A stretch of DNA of 53,880 bases from Promethearchaeota archaeon. Lineage in GTDB: Archaea > Asgardarchaeota > Lokiarchaeia > Sigyniarchaeales > SOKP01. The translations under genes were made by a program, and so were the position numbers. The stretch covers positions 1-53,880 of the forward strand of contig SDNY01000006.1 of NCBI GenBank assembly GCA_004524535.1, written 5' to 3'. Shown piece after piece: positions 34,250 to 44,934 of this stretch. Position 1 is the stretch's first letter. Each line of letters begins with the position of its first letter. The notes beneath the pieces were generated by a model that searched no databases, had not been told where the DNA came from, and worked only from the letters and a program-made list of their open reading frames with translations.

Positions 34250-37240
34250 ATGAAGAGGAATAATAGAAAATTAATAATTTTTTTAATAATATTCATCTTC
34301 GTAGTCTCTGCTTTCAATATTAATAGTTTTTATAAGAATAACTCATCATCGAATAAGATAAATATTGAAAAATCCCAAGAGATTGAAATAATAAATAAAA
34401 ATATAACTGATCTGGAACATTTAAAATCTGCTGGAGGTGGATCAGAGCAATTACACAATTTTTCCTTTACTGCACGGATACAAGAAACATGGCAAGAGGG
34501 TATTTGGTTCGTTAACAACACTTCCACTAAACCTAACGAAAATACTGATTGGATGATATTACCCAATACAAAAAATTCCACTATTTTGGCATTTGCATGT
34601 TATATTAGTCAACTTTTAAACTCATCTACATATGAAGATTTAGAACCAAGTGATCTTACAACGATGAAATTATCTTTCATGAATGAATCAATGGAAAGAG
34701 TTAACTTAAGTGAATTTGTAATTCATACACCTCCTGAGGACTGGAGGAAATTTAATAGTTCTGGAGGGTCAATTAAAATAAATGAGAGTAATGATGCTGA
34801 ATTTGTTATTTGGAATGATTGGGAAGAAAATACTAATATAAATTATACTGCTTATATGTCTATATATGCTAGCAGGATTCATTACGTTGAAACAAGATTT
34901 ATTCCCACTATTGAAAATACCCAATCAGATATAATAACTTGGGAATTATTATATGATGGTCATAGTCAAGGCTATTATGATGGCTCCATAAGAATAGAGG
35001 ATTTAGAAAAATTTACAATTGGAAAAGTTTTAGGATTTAATGGTTCATATTGGAAACCATTAGATTATACTAAAGATAATACTCATATTTTTTTAAGTGA
35101 GGGTTGTAGAAAGTATAAAATTGAGCTCCAAACTCCAAATTATCTTTCAATAGTTTATAATGATAATTTAACTTATGCGACAAACAGTAATAGACTTCAA
35201 TTATATGCTACAGCTAAGATGGATGGGAATATGACGATTCGATTTATTAATTCTAATGGTACCTTAGTTTACGAGAACACTACTGAAGTTATAAAGGACA
35301 AAACCCTATTTTATGATTACAAAATGAATTTAAATGAATCAGGGGGAATTGGGTACCTTAATATTACACTAATAAATGGATCAAAAATCGAGTTTGGTGT
35401 GAAGATCTGTGAAATCCTATTTCATAAACAATGTATCTTTGAAGGAATGACTTCAAACACAACCGCTTTCTCTCAATTTTTTGTAGCTATGTTATATATA
35501 GATTTTAATCTCTTAATTCACTATTTAATATTAAATTCTACTGGGGAAATGCCTCTCAATATGTGGGAAGCGTTCAGTTTATCAATTATTCCCAATGCTA
35601 CTATAACATATGAATTAGGTGATTTTCAAGGGGAGTTAACATACCAATATCTAGGGGGATTTTATGGTGCACCAAATATAACCCTTTATTGGGATAATTT
35701 AGATTTAAGTGAATATCAAATCGTTCCCGGTGAATATAACCTTACTTATAAAGCAAGCAAACCTGGATACCAACCTTTAGAGTATATAACCCCTTTTATA
35801 ATCGAACCAAAAGCAGTGAATATTACTGTTGTGACTATCGATGATACTGTCGCAATAGAAGAAGAATTTTTAATTGTTTTGGAATTTTCTGAGAATGATA
35901 CAAGGCAACCTTATTTGTGGACACCAGTTACTTTGAATCTTACTTTTACTTATATTAAAACTGGAGAAATTGATGTTCAAGTTCAATGGCCAGATGCTGC
36001 AATTCAAGCTATTACAATTCAAGATGTTATAGGAAATGATACTCTTCCTGGAGACTATAATTTAACTATCACTATTGATTCCGACTATTATTATGGTGAA
36101 ACCTCGTGGATAATGCATATTACTAAAAAAGTACTTGATCTATCAGTTGATTATGATGCAGATATTAGAGCAGGAGAAGATACAAATTTTTCTTGGTCGT
36201 TAGAAAATAATAATTTTCAGGGGAATCGAGTAAATATGTCTCTACAAATCATTTTAGACAATCAACTTTATAGGGAATATAACTTAACTTCAAATTCTAC
36301 AGGATGGAAAATAATGAATTTTGCTAGTGGGACTCACAATATAACTTATCGCATAGTAAGCCCCTTTTATGAAGCTGAAACAACTGTTATTATAAAAACC
36401 GTAAAATCCTCATTACCTATCGCCGATGATGATGATGATGACGATAAAGACAAGGAAGAAAATCTGCTATTGTGGCTCATCATTATAGGTATATTAATCG
36501 CTGTGAGCATTTTAGCAGTATTCCTCTTAATTTCAAGGCATAAGGTTAAGGCGCAAAGAGAATTAGATTCTGAATTAGTTGCCTTAAAAACGAAAACAAC
36601 GGCTTCAGAACAAAAAATTTCGCTTATTGAAGCTCAGATATCCCAAATCGCTTCGATCTACTGGATAATAATCGTCCACTCGGAACAAGGAACGACAATG
36701 GTTGAAATATCAGACTTCAGATTCGGAGAAGTTTTAGATGAAAAATATAAACATTTTATAGGCAAGGGTATGATGAGGGACTCTGCTCTAATTGGTGGAT
36801 TTCTAACAGCAATACGAAATTTTAGCAGAGAAACATCGGGTACATCTTTAGAATATCAACCTGTGTTTAACAGTCAAACAGATTACAGTACAGTTGTAGA
36901 TGATAACGAAATACATAGAAGAATTTTAGAAGGAACAGATTATTTTATGGCATTTGTTTCTTCAAGAGGAACGATTGAAATTTCAGACGTTTTATCCTCA
37001 GTAAACTCAATATTTCAAGAGGAATACGGTGAAATGGTTGAAAAGTTTGATGGAGCGATTAGCCCTTTCAGACCTTTTGAAGAAATGGTCGTAGATTTTT
37101 TACATAATGAGATAAGAGAACTGCAGAAAAAATTAAAAGAAGAAGAATTAATACTTGGACAATTTGAGGGACATCTAAAAGAAGTTCAAGAAAAAATTGG
37201 ATTTAAACCGAAAAAATCAGCTGACCTCGATTATAAATAG
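34250..37240 (+). CDS. Single-pass surface protein with large glycosylated ectodomain and cytoplasmic coiled-coil plus longin-like domain
   Basis: Signal/TM, many NxS/T sites, poly-Asp, TM, then IIVHSEQG..SALIGGFLTAIRNFSRE..FDG..PF. Confidence 0.7.
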   Translation: MKRNNRKLIIFLIIFIFVVSAFNINSFYKNNSSSNKINIEKSQEIEIINKNITDLEHLKSAGGGSEQLHNFSFTARIQETWQEGIWFVNNTSTKPNENTDWMILPNTKNSTILAFACYISQLLNSSTYEDLEPSDLTTMKLSFMNESMERVNLSEFVIHTPPEDWRKFNSSGGSIKINESNDAEFVIWNDWEENTNINYTAYMSIYASRIHYVETRFIPTIENTQSDIITWELLYDGHSQGYYDGSIRIEDLEKFTIGKVLGFNGSYWKPLDYTKDNTHIFLSEGCRKYKIELQTPNYLSIVYNDNLTYATNSNRLQLYATAKMDGNMTIRFINSNGTLVYENTTEVIKDKTLFYDYKMNLNESGGIGYLNITLINGSKIEFGVKICEILFHKQCIFEGMTSNTTAFSQFFVAMLYIDFNLLIHYLILNSTGEMPLNMWEAFSLSIIPNATITYELGDFQGELTYQYLGGFYGAPNITLYWDNLDLSEYQIVPGEYNLTYKASKPGYQPLEYITPFIIEPKAVNITVVTIDDTVAIEEEFLIVLEFSENDTRQPYLWTPVTLNLTFTYIKTGEIDVQVQWPDAAIQAITIQDVIGNDTLPGDYNLTITIDSDYYYGETSWIMHITKKVLDLSVDYDADIRAGEDTNFSWSLENNNFQGNRVNMSLQIILDNQLYREYNLTSNSTGWKIMNFASGTHNITYRIVSPFYEAETTVIIKTVKSSLPIADDDDDDDKDKEENLLLWLIIIGILIAVSILAVFLLISRHKVKAQRELDSELVALKTKTTASEQKISLIEAQISQIASIYWIIIVHSEQGTTMVEISDFRFGEVLDEKYKHFIGKGMMRDSALIGGFLTAIRNFSRETSGTSLEYQPVFNSQTDYSTVVDDNEIHRRILEGTDYFMAFVSSRGTIEISDVLSSVNSIFQEEYGEMVEKFDGAISPFRPFEEMVVDFLHNEIRELQKKLKEEELILGQFEGHLKEVQEKIGFKPKKSADLDYK

Positions 37241-37306
37241 AAATATTTTTTCTTATTTTGAACAATTTTTCAATCTTTTTTTTCTGATTCTTTTTCTAGA
37301 AAATTA

Positions 37307-37663
37307 TTAATCAGTTTTCATACTTTTGTTAATAATATCAAAAACTTGATTAAGATCAATTTGGTCTTCTGTCAAAAGAATAATTACTTTTTCCAAAATT
37401 TTTATTGACAAAACGTAAAAATTATCAGAATGAATTAGATTAAAATCGGGGGCATGAAGACCAATCAGCTGAGTTATTTCTTCTGTCAATTCGTAGAGTT
37501 GAGAAATATCTACAGCAATGGCTGCTTTATTGAATTCATCTTCATTTATATATGATTTTATAACCACTCCATTTTCAGAAATAATTAATGTAAAATATAA
37601 TTTAGATCCTAGTTCCATTACTAATTTGTTCATAATTAGATCGAGATCTAGAGACACAGACAT
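37307..37663 (-). CDS. Roadblock/LC7 (profilin-like fold) protein
   Basis: 118 aa; IISENGVVI followed by a helix and terminal beta strands. Confidence 0.6.
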   Translation of the reverse strand: MSVSLDLDLIMNKLVMELGSKLYFTLIISENGVVIKSYINEDEFNKAAIAVDISQLYELTEEITQLIGLHAPDFNLIHSDNFYVLSIKILEKVIILLTEDQIDLNQVFDIINKSMKTD

Positions 37664-38072
37664 TATTCAATCAAATAACCATTATTATCTATAATTATAA
37701 CTTCCAATTTATAAATAATTTTAGGTTAAAGGGGTATAATTCAAAATTAAGGGTTCAACAACATAACTGTAAACTAAATAAATTTTATATAATGTAATAA
37801 AATTCATTATTATATTTTATCATCATTCGGAATTATTCTACTACACAATAAACGTATTATTTGTTTTAAAATATTTGGAAATTTCTTGCAGAATGTTCAG
37901 AAAAATTGCTCACTAATGGATTAAAAAATTAAGAAAAAATATAGTATAGAATTTCTATTAAAAAATAAGATATTGATGGTTTATAATATAAAAAGAAAAA
38001 TATTTTATTATAAATTTGATTACTTAATTTAATTTAATTTAATGAGAAAAAATAAAAGGGCATATTAAATTT

Positions 38073-38735
38073 ATGATCGATGCGAATAAAGCTGCTCCTC
38101 AGGTAGAATTTAAGGAAGTAAGGATAGTATGTCCTCAATGTAATAAGAGAAATGAATTAACTATTCCTAGTAAAATTATAAATCAAAGTAAACAATTAAC
38201 TACTGTATCAATACCGTCTGGATTAGTATGTGAACACACATTTCAAGCTTTTATAGATAAAAATTTTAAAGTAAGAGGCTATCAAAAAATTGATTACGAA
38301 TTATCAAAAATGGAATTCTTCGAAGGATCTGGTGAAGCATTAGAAGAAAATCATAAAAAAGGAGGGGAACTTAGTACTCTCACCACTTTGCCCATGTTTC
38401 AAGAAATAATTGACCTTTTAAGGAGCATGGTCGATGATAAAGAAATATTAGGAAGCGGTTTATTCACCCTCGAAGGAAATGTCATCTACTCTTCTCTACC
38501 TCATATGACTTTATCTAATACAATTAGAGAGTTTGAATCAAGAGAAAAAAATAAACTATCAAATATAAGAAGAATGCTACTTGAATTAGATGACGAACAA
38601 AAAGTTTGTTCGCAATATATGCACATCTTAGGAGTTAAATTCATTCTAGTTTTATTGTTCAACTCCGATATAAGGTTAGGAATGGGTATAGTGTTAATGT
38701 CCAACCTGGCTAAAAAAATTGAAGAGTTAACTTAA
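38073..38735 (+). CDS. Zinc-ribbon plus roadblock-like domain protein
   Basis: CPQC..CEHTFQAFIDKNFKVRGYQ, then ILGSGLFTLEGNVIYSSLP..RLGM. Confidence 0.65.
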   Translation: MIDANKAAPQVEFKEVRIVCPQCNKRNELTIPSKIINQSKQLTTVSIPSGLVCEHTFQAFIDKNFKVRGYQKIDYELSKMEFFEGSGEALEENHKKGGELSTLTTLPMFQEIIDLLRSMVDDKEILGSGLFTLEGNVIYSSLPHMTLSNTIREFESREKNKLSNIRRMLLELDDEQKVCSQYMHILGVKFILVLLFNSDIRLGMGIVLMSNLAKKIEELT

Positions 38736-38838
38736 ATTAAATATATAGAAAGCCTTAAAAAAAATAAAGAGATTCTCATTCTTTATACTTTATAAAAATT
38801 GCTAAAATTCAGTTAAGTTCTATTTTTTAATTAAAATA

Positions 38839-38942
38839 TGGGCCTGGCAGGATTCGAACCTGCGACTTTGGGTTTGATGGAAAAGCTCATCAAAAATCCC
38901 AGTCCGAAGCCGGGCACCCTATCCAGACTAGATTACAGGCCC
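38839..38942 (-). tRNA. tRNA-Arg(TCG) with a 29-nt BHB intron at 45/46 (38867..38895)
   Basis: Acceptor GGGCCTG/CAGGCCC; CCCGG-CTTCGGA-CTGGG; central helix UGGG/CCCA, bulges AU^U and AA^G. Confidence 0.92.
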
Positions 38943-39109
38943 ATGAGTATTTTTAAATTTCTCAATTTCTCTTCTAAAAAAATTAATAGATAGTAAGGAT
39001 AAAAATGCTTTTAATATTTTTATGCTTGATTTCTAAAAACTTTTTTCTCAAAAAAATTTTTATGTTATCAATTCTTTTGCTTTAGTAATTTTATTACCTT
39101 ACAATAAAA

Positions 39110-39244
39110 GCCCACATAGTGTAGAGTAAAAATTCATATCGAATAAAACACATAATTCGGTCCAGCATTCGGGACTGTCACTCCTGCGACCCGGGATGTC
39201 TATCCTTCTGAATAGACACGGGAATTCAAATCCCGGTGTGGGCG
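39110..39244 (+). tRNA. tRNA-Asp(GTC) with two BHB introns: 39125..39155 (15/16) and 39196..39224 (53/54)
   Basis: Spliced product GCCCACA TA GTGT AGTTCGGTCCA GCAT T CGGGA CTGTCAC TCCTG CGAC CCGGG TTCAAAT CCCGG TGTGGGC G. Confidence 0.92.
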
Positions 39245-39376
39245 CTTTTTTTTCTATTAGGTTTCAGCTATTAGATTTAATCTATTCGATAATCCATCAA
39301 TTCTAATCAGAGTTTTCCTTAGGGGAAGAATCTAAAATGCTCTAAATAATCCTTACGAGACGATCAGAGAAAAAAG

Positions 39377-39787
39377 TTGAAAGAAAAAAAATTAATAAAT
39401 TGGAATTGTCAATTTTTTGAAGGCCGATTCTTCTTTGATCTTCTTCTTAGCACTAGCAAGATTGATCGAAATACTAAAATAGGATATATAAATAAATATG
39501 TTTATTTCGATAAGCTTAACGACATAGCTTCTGAGATTTTGAGTGGTATAGAATTGAAGTGGTGGGGGATATTATATGATAAATATAAAGAAAATGGAGA
39601 ATTAAATGAAGATCAAGTTCGGCTTTTTATAACGCTTTTTGCTAAGATCTATGATATTAACGATATTAATCGTGAGAATCCTTTAAAATGGTATGAACTT
39701 GATCTTGATAAGTTTTATTCAACTAAGGAATATATTATTGAAGTTAATGAACGTTTTACCGAGGCATTATATCTAAATTACTTATAG
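39377..39787 (+). CDS. Hypothetical protein, possibly a 5'-truncated fragment
   Basis: 136 aa, TTG start, in-frame stop 10 codons upstream. Confidence 0.45.
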   Translation: MKEKKLINWNCQFFEGRFFFDLLLSTSKIDRNTKIGYINKYVYFDKLNDIASEILSGIELKWWGILYDKYKENGELNEDQVRLFITLFAKIYDINDINRENPLKWYELDLDKFYSTKEYIIEVNERFTEALYLNYL

Positions 39788-39856
39788 TACAGTTCTGTTT
39801 TTTTAATAAGAATTTAAATAGTTGTCTAATAATTAATATATTAGTGATATTGATAG

Positions 39857-41332
39857 ATGAATAATAAGAGGTATAGCAAGAGGCATAGCAAGAGATATTA
39901 TCATCATTATGAATTGAGAAAGGTTGACGATATCAATAAAATTATAAATATAAAACCGTATTGTAAAGAATTTTTTCTTAGGCTATTAGAACATAACATT
40001 AAGCCTATATCTTGTACTTTAAATAAATATAAGGATATTATCAGTTTGGTCCTTAATTCAACACAATTAAATGAACAACTGTTTAGTAATATATCGCTAC
40101 CGTATATTAAGCAATTAGCAATAAGAGACGGCTCTTTTAATGAGTTAACATTTTTACAAGAATTTAAGGAGTTAACATCACTTGAACTCTCAAGTTGTGA
40201 ACTGACCAAGATACCTAACCTTTCTAATCTAAACTATTTAGGGCGACTCTGTCTTAATAACAATGATATTGAAGATATTAATTGGTTCGGCAATTTAGAG
40301 CGTTTAAAGTCTCTTAGTTTACTTGGAAATAATCTTACCTCACTTGAAGGGTTAGCTAATATTAAAGGCTGTAGAAATTTAAGAAAGTTAGAATTACAGA
40401 AAAATAGGATTAATGATCTCTGCGGGTTCGAATCGCTTACACATTTTCCATATTTAGAAGATGTTATTCTTAAAAACAACAACATTTCCGAGCTTAATGT
40501 GTGGTATAATGTACCGAGGTTAAAATATTTAGACCTTTCTAATAATCAAATCGAGAAGATAACCGCCCTCAAAAACCTCCCTGCTCTCAAAACTATAAAT
40601 CTTAGCAAAAATAATATTACGCATTTAGGCAATTTTGAAAACTTACCATCATTGAAAGATATCTATGTAAAAAAGAATCCTATTAAAAGTTTTTCTCACC
40701 TTGATAACTTACCTAACTTATATAGTATCGAAGATATTGATTGGGATAAAATGACACAAGCGGAATTAGATAATGCGGTTAATTATCTTCATAGAATCGC
40801 ATTAGTTCCAAATTTTTATGAATGTGGAATATATGGTCCTTTCCCCGTTAAAAGATTTCTAATAAACGAATTTTTTGAATTACGTCTCAATAAATACGGC
40901 AAGACAGAGATATATATTAAAGGTAAGCTTTATACAGATTGTTCTTCTCTTTTCCTTACCATTCCTTCGAACCAAACCCATCAACTTGATAACATTGAAT
41001 CTATCGACGAGGCTGCTGAACTTCTAGGTCAAACTCTTGACAAAGCCCCTGTTGAGCTTCATATTGACTCCGAGACGGAGTTCTGGGGGCATTGTTCCAA
41101 TCTTCAAGCATGGTATGAGTATGATTATGACACCCGTTTATTACACCATTCTTTAGCTTTTCATCTTTTACGTGAATTAACAAAAGCAGGGGATCCACTT
41201 GCAAAGCGTGTTTTTAAGGAAGAGATTGCCTCTCGATACGCATCGGGGTATCCTACAGTTGTTGAATATCTTAGAAATGAAGGGTATTTAAATTATTTAA
41301 CTGAAAATGAACTTATATCATTGAATAAATAA
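39857..41332 (+). CDS. Leucine-rich repeat protein (SDS22-like repeats) with helical C-terminal domain
   Basis: About 9 LxxLxLxxNxI repeats; C-terminal EFWGHCSNLQAW..DTRLLH..GDPLAKRVFKEEI. Confidence 0.9.
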   Translation: MNNKRYSKRHSKRYYHHYELRKVDDINKIINIKPYCKEFFLRLLEHNIKPISCTLNKYKDIISLVLNSTQLNEQLFSNISLPYIKQLAIRDGSFNELTFLQEFKELTSLELSSCELTKIPNLSNLNYLGRLCLNNNDIEDINWFGNLERLKSLSLLGNNLTSLEGLANIKGCRNLRKLELQKNRINDLCGFESLTHFPYLEDVILKNNNISELNVWYNVPRLKYLDLSNNQIEKITALKNLPALKTINLSKNNITHLGNFENLPSLKDIYVKKNPIKSFSHLDNLPNLYSIEDIDWDKMTQAELDNAVNYLHRIALVPNFYECGIYGPFPVKRFLINEFFELRLNKYGKTEIYIKGKLYTDCSSLFLTIPSNQTHQLDNIESIDEAAELLGQTLDKAPVELHIDSETEFWGHCSNLQAWYEYDYDTRLLHHSLAFHLLRELTKAGDPLAKRVFKEEIASRYASGYPTVVEYLRNEGYLNYLTENELISLNK

Positions 41333-41579
41333 AGAGTAAGTAAAACTAAACATTTTAATAGATTTTCATTTTTTCATATTGCTTTTTTTTCCAAGTACTA
41401 TGTTTTAATAAATTGTCGAGTAAATGAAATCTAATAAGAGCGATTAAAGAACAATTTTAAAGAGATTTAAGAAATGATTTAGTTATTGTTCTATTCACTG
41501 TTTTAATGCAAAATGAACAAAGATCTTACTTCAAAAAGATTTTTTTGAAAAAAATATAATTTGATATATTTCTTTTAGG

Positions 41580-42818
41580 TTAATTCATTTTTTCTGAATC
41601 TTTTTGAATTTTAATAACGAAAATCGAAGTTATGACAAGGCTTATTAGGAAAACGAACGCAACTACGTAAAATCCTAAATTTAAATTAGCAGCTGCAATA
41701 AATCCGAGTAAAATCGGAGTAATTAAAAAGAATATACCAATTAAACTCTCGTTAATGCTCGAATATTTGGTGGTTTTTTTCTTAACATTAAGCGCAATAA
41801 ATAATTTTAAAGCTGAGCCGTAAAGTATGCCGCAAAAAATCCCGATTATTAAGAAAAATGCTATATAAAGAGCTGCGTTATAATCTACAACAATGCCAAA
41901 AATCAGCATTAGAGGCGTGATAAGCCCTAAGGAGATTAGAGAAAGGCATTTTAACCATTTCATGCTTAAGAAACTTGAAAGCGTAGAGAAAATTGCTTGA
42001 GTGAGAACTAATAAAAATATATATAAATACACGGTATATGTTTCAATTCCTAACATTTCGGATTTAATTGGATACAAAAACCCTATACTTCCCCTTAAAA
42101 TTGAATAACCTGCAATAACTAAAATTGGTACCATAACAGGTATGAAATACTTGGAAAAATCATTTTTATTTTGTGAGTCAGAAACATCAGTTTTTATGTT
42201 ATTTTGATTTATTGAGGAATTTTGTGAGTTTAAATAAAGTGGATCTTTAAGAAAAAACACAGAAATAACGCAGGTAATTATCAATATTAAGGGACAAAGA
42301 TAAAAAACAATTAAAACATCGTCGACAAAAAATACAACAATTGCGCCAAATAAAAGTCCACTTAAAACACCTAAATTCCAAGAAAGGTTATAAACTGCAG
42401 TGTATTTACTATGTTTATCTTCAGAGCTGTCAGATATAGTTGATTGCAAGTTAGTCCAATAGAAACCCATTATAAATCCTTCAGCAAGTCTCGCAATAAT
42501 GAATATTAAAGGTTCTAATGTGAAGTAAAAACTAATTTGTGCTGCTGTCGCACCTAAAGTTGCAATTACAACACTATTTTTCCTTCCAAATCTTTCCGAG
42601 AGTTTGTTTAATAATAAAGGCGAAAAACTGTAAGTTAATGCGATAGCCGCTGCCAAAAAACCGATAATTTCAATACATATTCCTTTACTATAATAATAAA
42701 TTGGAATTGACACGCCTAATACCGATAAATTGATTGGGTATAAAAAAGTTAGGCATAATACCGGCCAAAAATGCCATTTCCGATGATTATCTAAATTATC
42801 CCTTATTTTTTCATTCAT
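41580..42818 (-). CDS. MFS transporter
   Basis: About 12 TMs, motif A-like LSERFGRK. Confidence 0.88.
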   Translation of the reverse strand: MNEKIRDNLDNHRKWHFWPVLCLTFLYPINLSVLGVSIPIYYYSKGICIEIIGFLAAAIALTYSFSPLLLNKLSERFGRKNSVVIATLGATAAQISFYFTLEPLIFIIARLAEGFIMGFYWTNLQSTISDSSEDKHSKYTAVYNLSWNLGVLSGLLFGAIVVFFVDDVLIVFYLCPLILIITCVISVFFLKDPLYLNSQNSSINQNNIKTDVSDSQNKNDFSKYFIPVMVPILVIAGYSILRGSIGFLYPIKSEMLGIETYTVYLYIFLLVLTQAIFSTLSSFLSMKWLKCLSLISLGLITPLMLIFGIVVDYNAALYIAFFLIIGIFCGILYGSALKLFIALNVKKKTTKYSSINESLIGIFFLITPILLGFIAAANLNLGFYVVAFVFLISLVITSIFVIKIQKDSEKMN

Positions 42819-43079
42819 ATAATACTTAGTAAAATTTATTTCTCAAAAACTTAACGATAAAGCTTATTAATTTTAAAGGCTGGCTTATTTTGTTATAATT
42901 TTTATGCAAAAATGAAAAAAAAAACAAAAAACAAAAAACAAATTTTAATACTTAAATATGATAAAATCTTAGAAGAGTTTGAAACCTTTTTATATTTTGA
43001 TGGGTTATTATAAATTACAATTTAATGTATTAAATAATTAACAAATATATCAAATTATAAAATAAGGTTGAAATTTAAA

Positions 43080-43514
43080 ATGGTTGATGAAGCATTATTA
43101 AAAAGTTTAAAAGCAAAATTTGATGGGGGCGCTGATGCAGCGAAGCCTGAAGATATGATAGATGTCTTTAAATTCTTCAAAGCTGTATCCAAGGAAAATG
43201 AAGACCTAGCTGAAGAATTAGAGGATATGGATATAGCTGTACAACAAATCCTAACAGATGTAGATAAGAAGTTCTGGATTAAGGCACAAAACGGTGACAT
43301 AAGTTACGGAGAAGGTGAAATAGACAATCCTAGCTTTACATTCTCATGTACAATGGCAGTTGGTGCTGGAATGCTCTTCGGCGAGGTTGACGCTACCTCA
43401 GCATATATGGCAGGAGATATTACCGTTGAAGGTAATCTTCAAGATGCGATGGCATTTCAAGAAATTATTGAATTAGCCATGGAAGCGTTCGAAGATTTAA
43501 CCGAAGATTTATAG
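43080..43514 (+). CDS. SCP2 sterol/lipid-binding domain protein
   Basis: GEVDATSAYMAGDITVEGN motif; ATG 43080. Confidence 0.85.
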   Translation: MVDEALLKSLKAKFDGGADAAKPEDMIDVFKFFKAVSKENEDLAEELEDMDIAVQQILTDVDKKFWIKAQNGDISYGEGEIDNPSFTFSCTMAVGAGMLFGEVDATSAYMAGDITVEGNLQDAMAFQEIIELAMEAFEDLTEDL

Positions 43515-43710
43515 GTAATAAATTTAAAACCAGAAAATAAACACCTTTTTTTCTTTTCTTATTCTATTTTTGATTTTTTTTTTTTTTAAAAAACCTAGAT
43601 GATTAAGTTCAATTATATTACGACGAGAAATAATTCCAAAATACAGAAGACAAACTTTCTAATGTTATGGAATAATTATTACTTACAAAATCAAATATTT
43701 TGTATTAATA

Positions 43711-44886
43711 ATGAATTCATTTGAACGAGTCAAGGCAGCACAGCACTTCCAAAATCCTGATAAAGTACCCGTGTTTAATCTAGTTAAGGGAGATATTTTA
43801 CCTTTACCAGTTATTCATTCGACGAAGTGGAGACCGGGTTGGGCGGAGAATGAATATGGATTATTTCCACATGTAATCCGAGGATATAAATGGGATAGAC
43901 CTGACTGGGCAAAGAGACCGGAATTTGAGGGTGATACTTGGCGTACAGTTCCCCATGAAGAAGTGGATGAGTGGGGTTGTATATGGAATATGTCTGGAAG
44001 AGAAGATAATATGGGACATCCTGGGCGCCCTGTATTGGCAGATTGGGATCAATTAGAACAATATAAGGCTCAATATAAGTTAGAGGCAAGAGATGAGAGT
44101 AGATTTATTCTTTGCAAACGGTTGCTAGAATCAACTAAAGAAGAGGATAAAAAATACAGACTAGTCATTTATGCGTTTGGACTTTTTGAAAGAGCTTGCA
44201 AGATCAGAGGTTTTAATAATTGTTTAATAGATCATAGAAGAAATCCTGGAAAATTGAAAGAATTATTAGAGTTTATTACAGACTATCATATTCAACTTAT
44301 AGATACTTGCTTTGAGTATAATTTACAACCAAATGGATTTATGATTGCGGAGGATTTAGGTGAACAATCAAGACCTCTAATGAGTCCTAAAATATTTAAA
44401 AAAATTTATGAACCGTTTTACAGACGTATCTTTGATAGAGTTCACGAATATGGTTGCGATTATGTCATTCATAGCTGTGGTAAGATGGACGCTCTTATTC
44501 CTCCTTTAATCGAATGGGGATTAGATGCAATCGAATTTGATTCTCCTCGAATGTGTGGATATAAGGATTTACAAAAGTTTAGGGGAAAAATTATGATATG
44601 GGGCTGTGTAAATATCCAATCAATTTATGTGAATGGAACTCCCGAAGAGGTTGAACGGGAAGTATGGCATATGGTGAGAAATTTAGGCACGAAGCATGGA
44701 GGATTTGGAGCCTATTTTTATTCCGAACCAAAAGTTCTTAAAGCGCCATCAAAAAACATAAGAGCATTCAAAAAGGGGCTCGAAAAATATGGAGTCTATT
44801 CACAGATTCCTGAACACTGGTGGGATTATCCCGTCGAAGAGGAATGGAACGATAATATTGTACCTCCCTTACCTCCTTCAGAATAA
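43711..44886 (+). CDS. Uroporphyrinogen decarboxylase / MtaA-CmuA methyltransferase-like TIM barrel protein
   Basis: MNSFERV, DEWGCIW, EDLG, HSCG, GTPEEV. Confidence 0.85.
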   Translation: MNSFERVKAAQHFQNPDKVPVFNLVKGDILPLPVIHSTKWRPGWAENEYGLFPHVIRGYKWDRPDWAKRPEFEGDTWRTVPHEEVDEWGCIWNMSGREDNMGHPGRPVLADWDQLEQYKAQYKLEARDESRFILCKRLLESTKEEDKKYRLVIYAFGLFERACKIRGFNNCLIDHRRNPGKLKELLEFITDYHIQLIDTCFEYNLQPNGFMIAEDLGEQSRPLMSPKIFKKIYEPFYRRIFDRVHEYGCDYVIHSCGKMDALIPPLIEWGLDAIEFDSPRMCGYKDLQKFRGKIMIWGCVNIQSIYVNGTPEEVEREVWHMVRNLGTKHGGFGAYFYSEPKVLKAPSKNIRAFKKGLEKYGVYSQIPEHWWDYPVEEEWNDNIVPPLPPSE

Positions 44887-44934
44887 ATAATATCAAGAAA
44901 TAATGAAACCACTTAATTCAGAATCTAAAATAAT

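Noticed and set aside
39866-39898. 12-nt tandem repeat in the LRR gene N-terminus (KRYS/KRHS/KRYY)
   Set aside because: Short, imperfect and most simply explained by local slippage.
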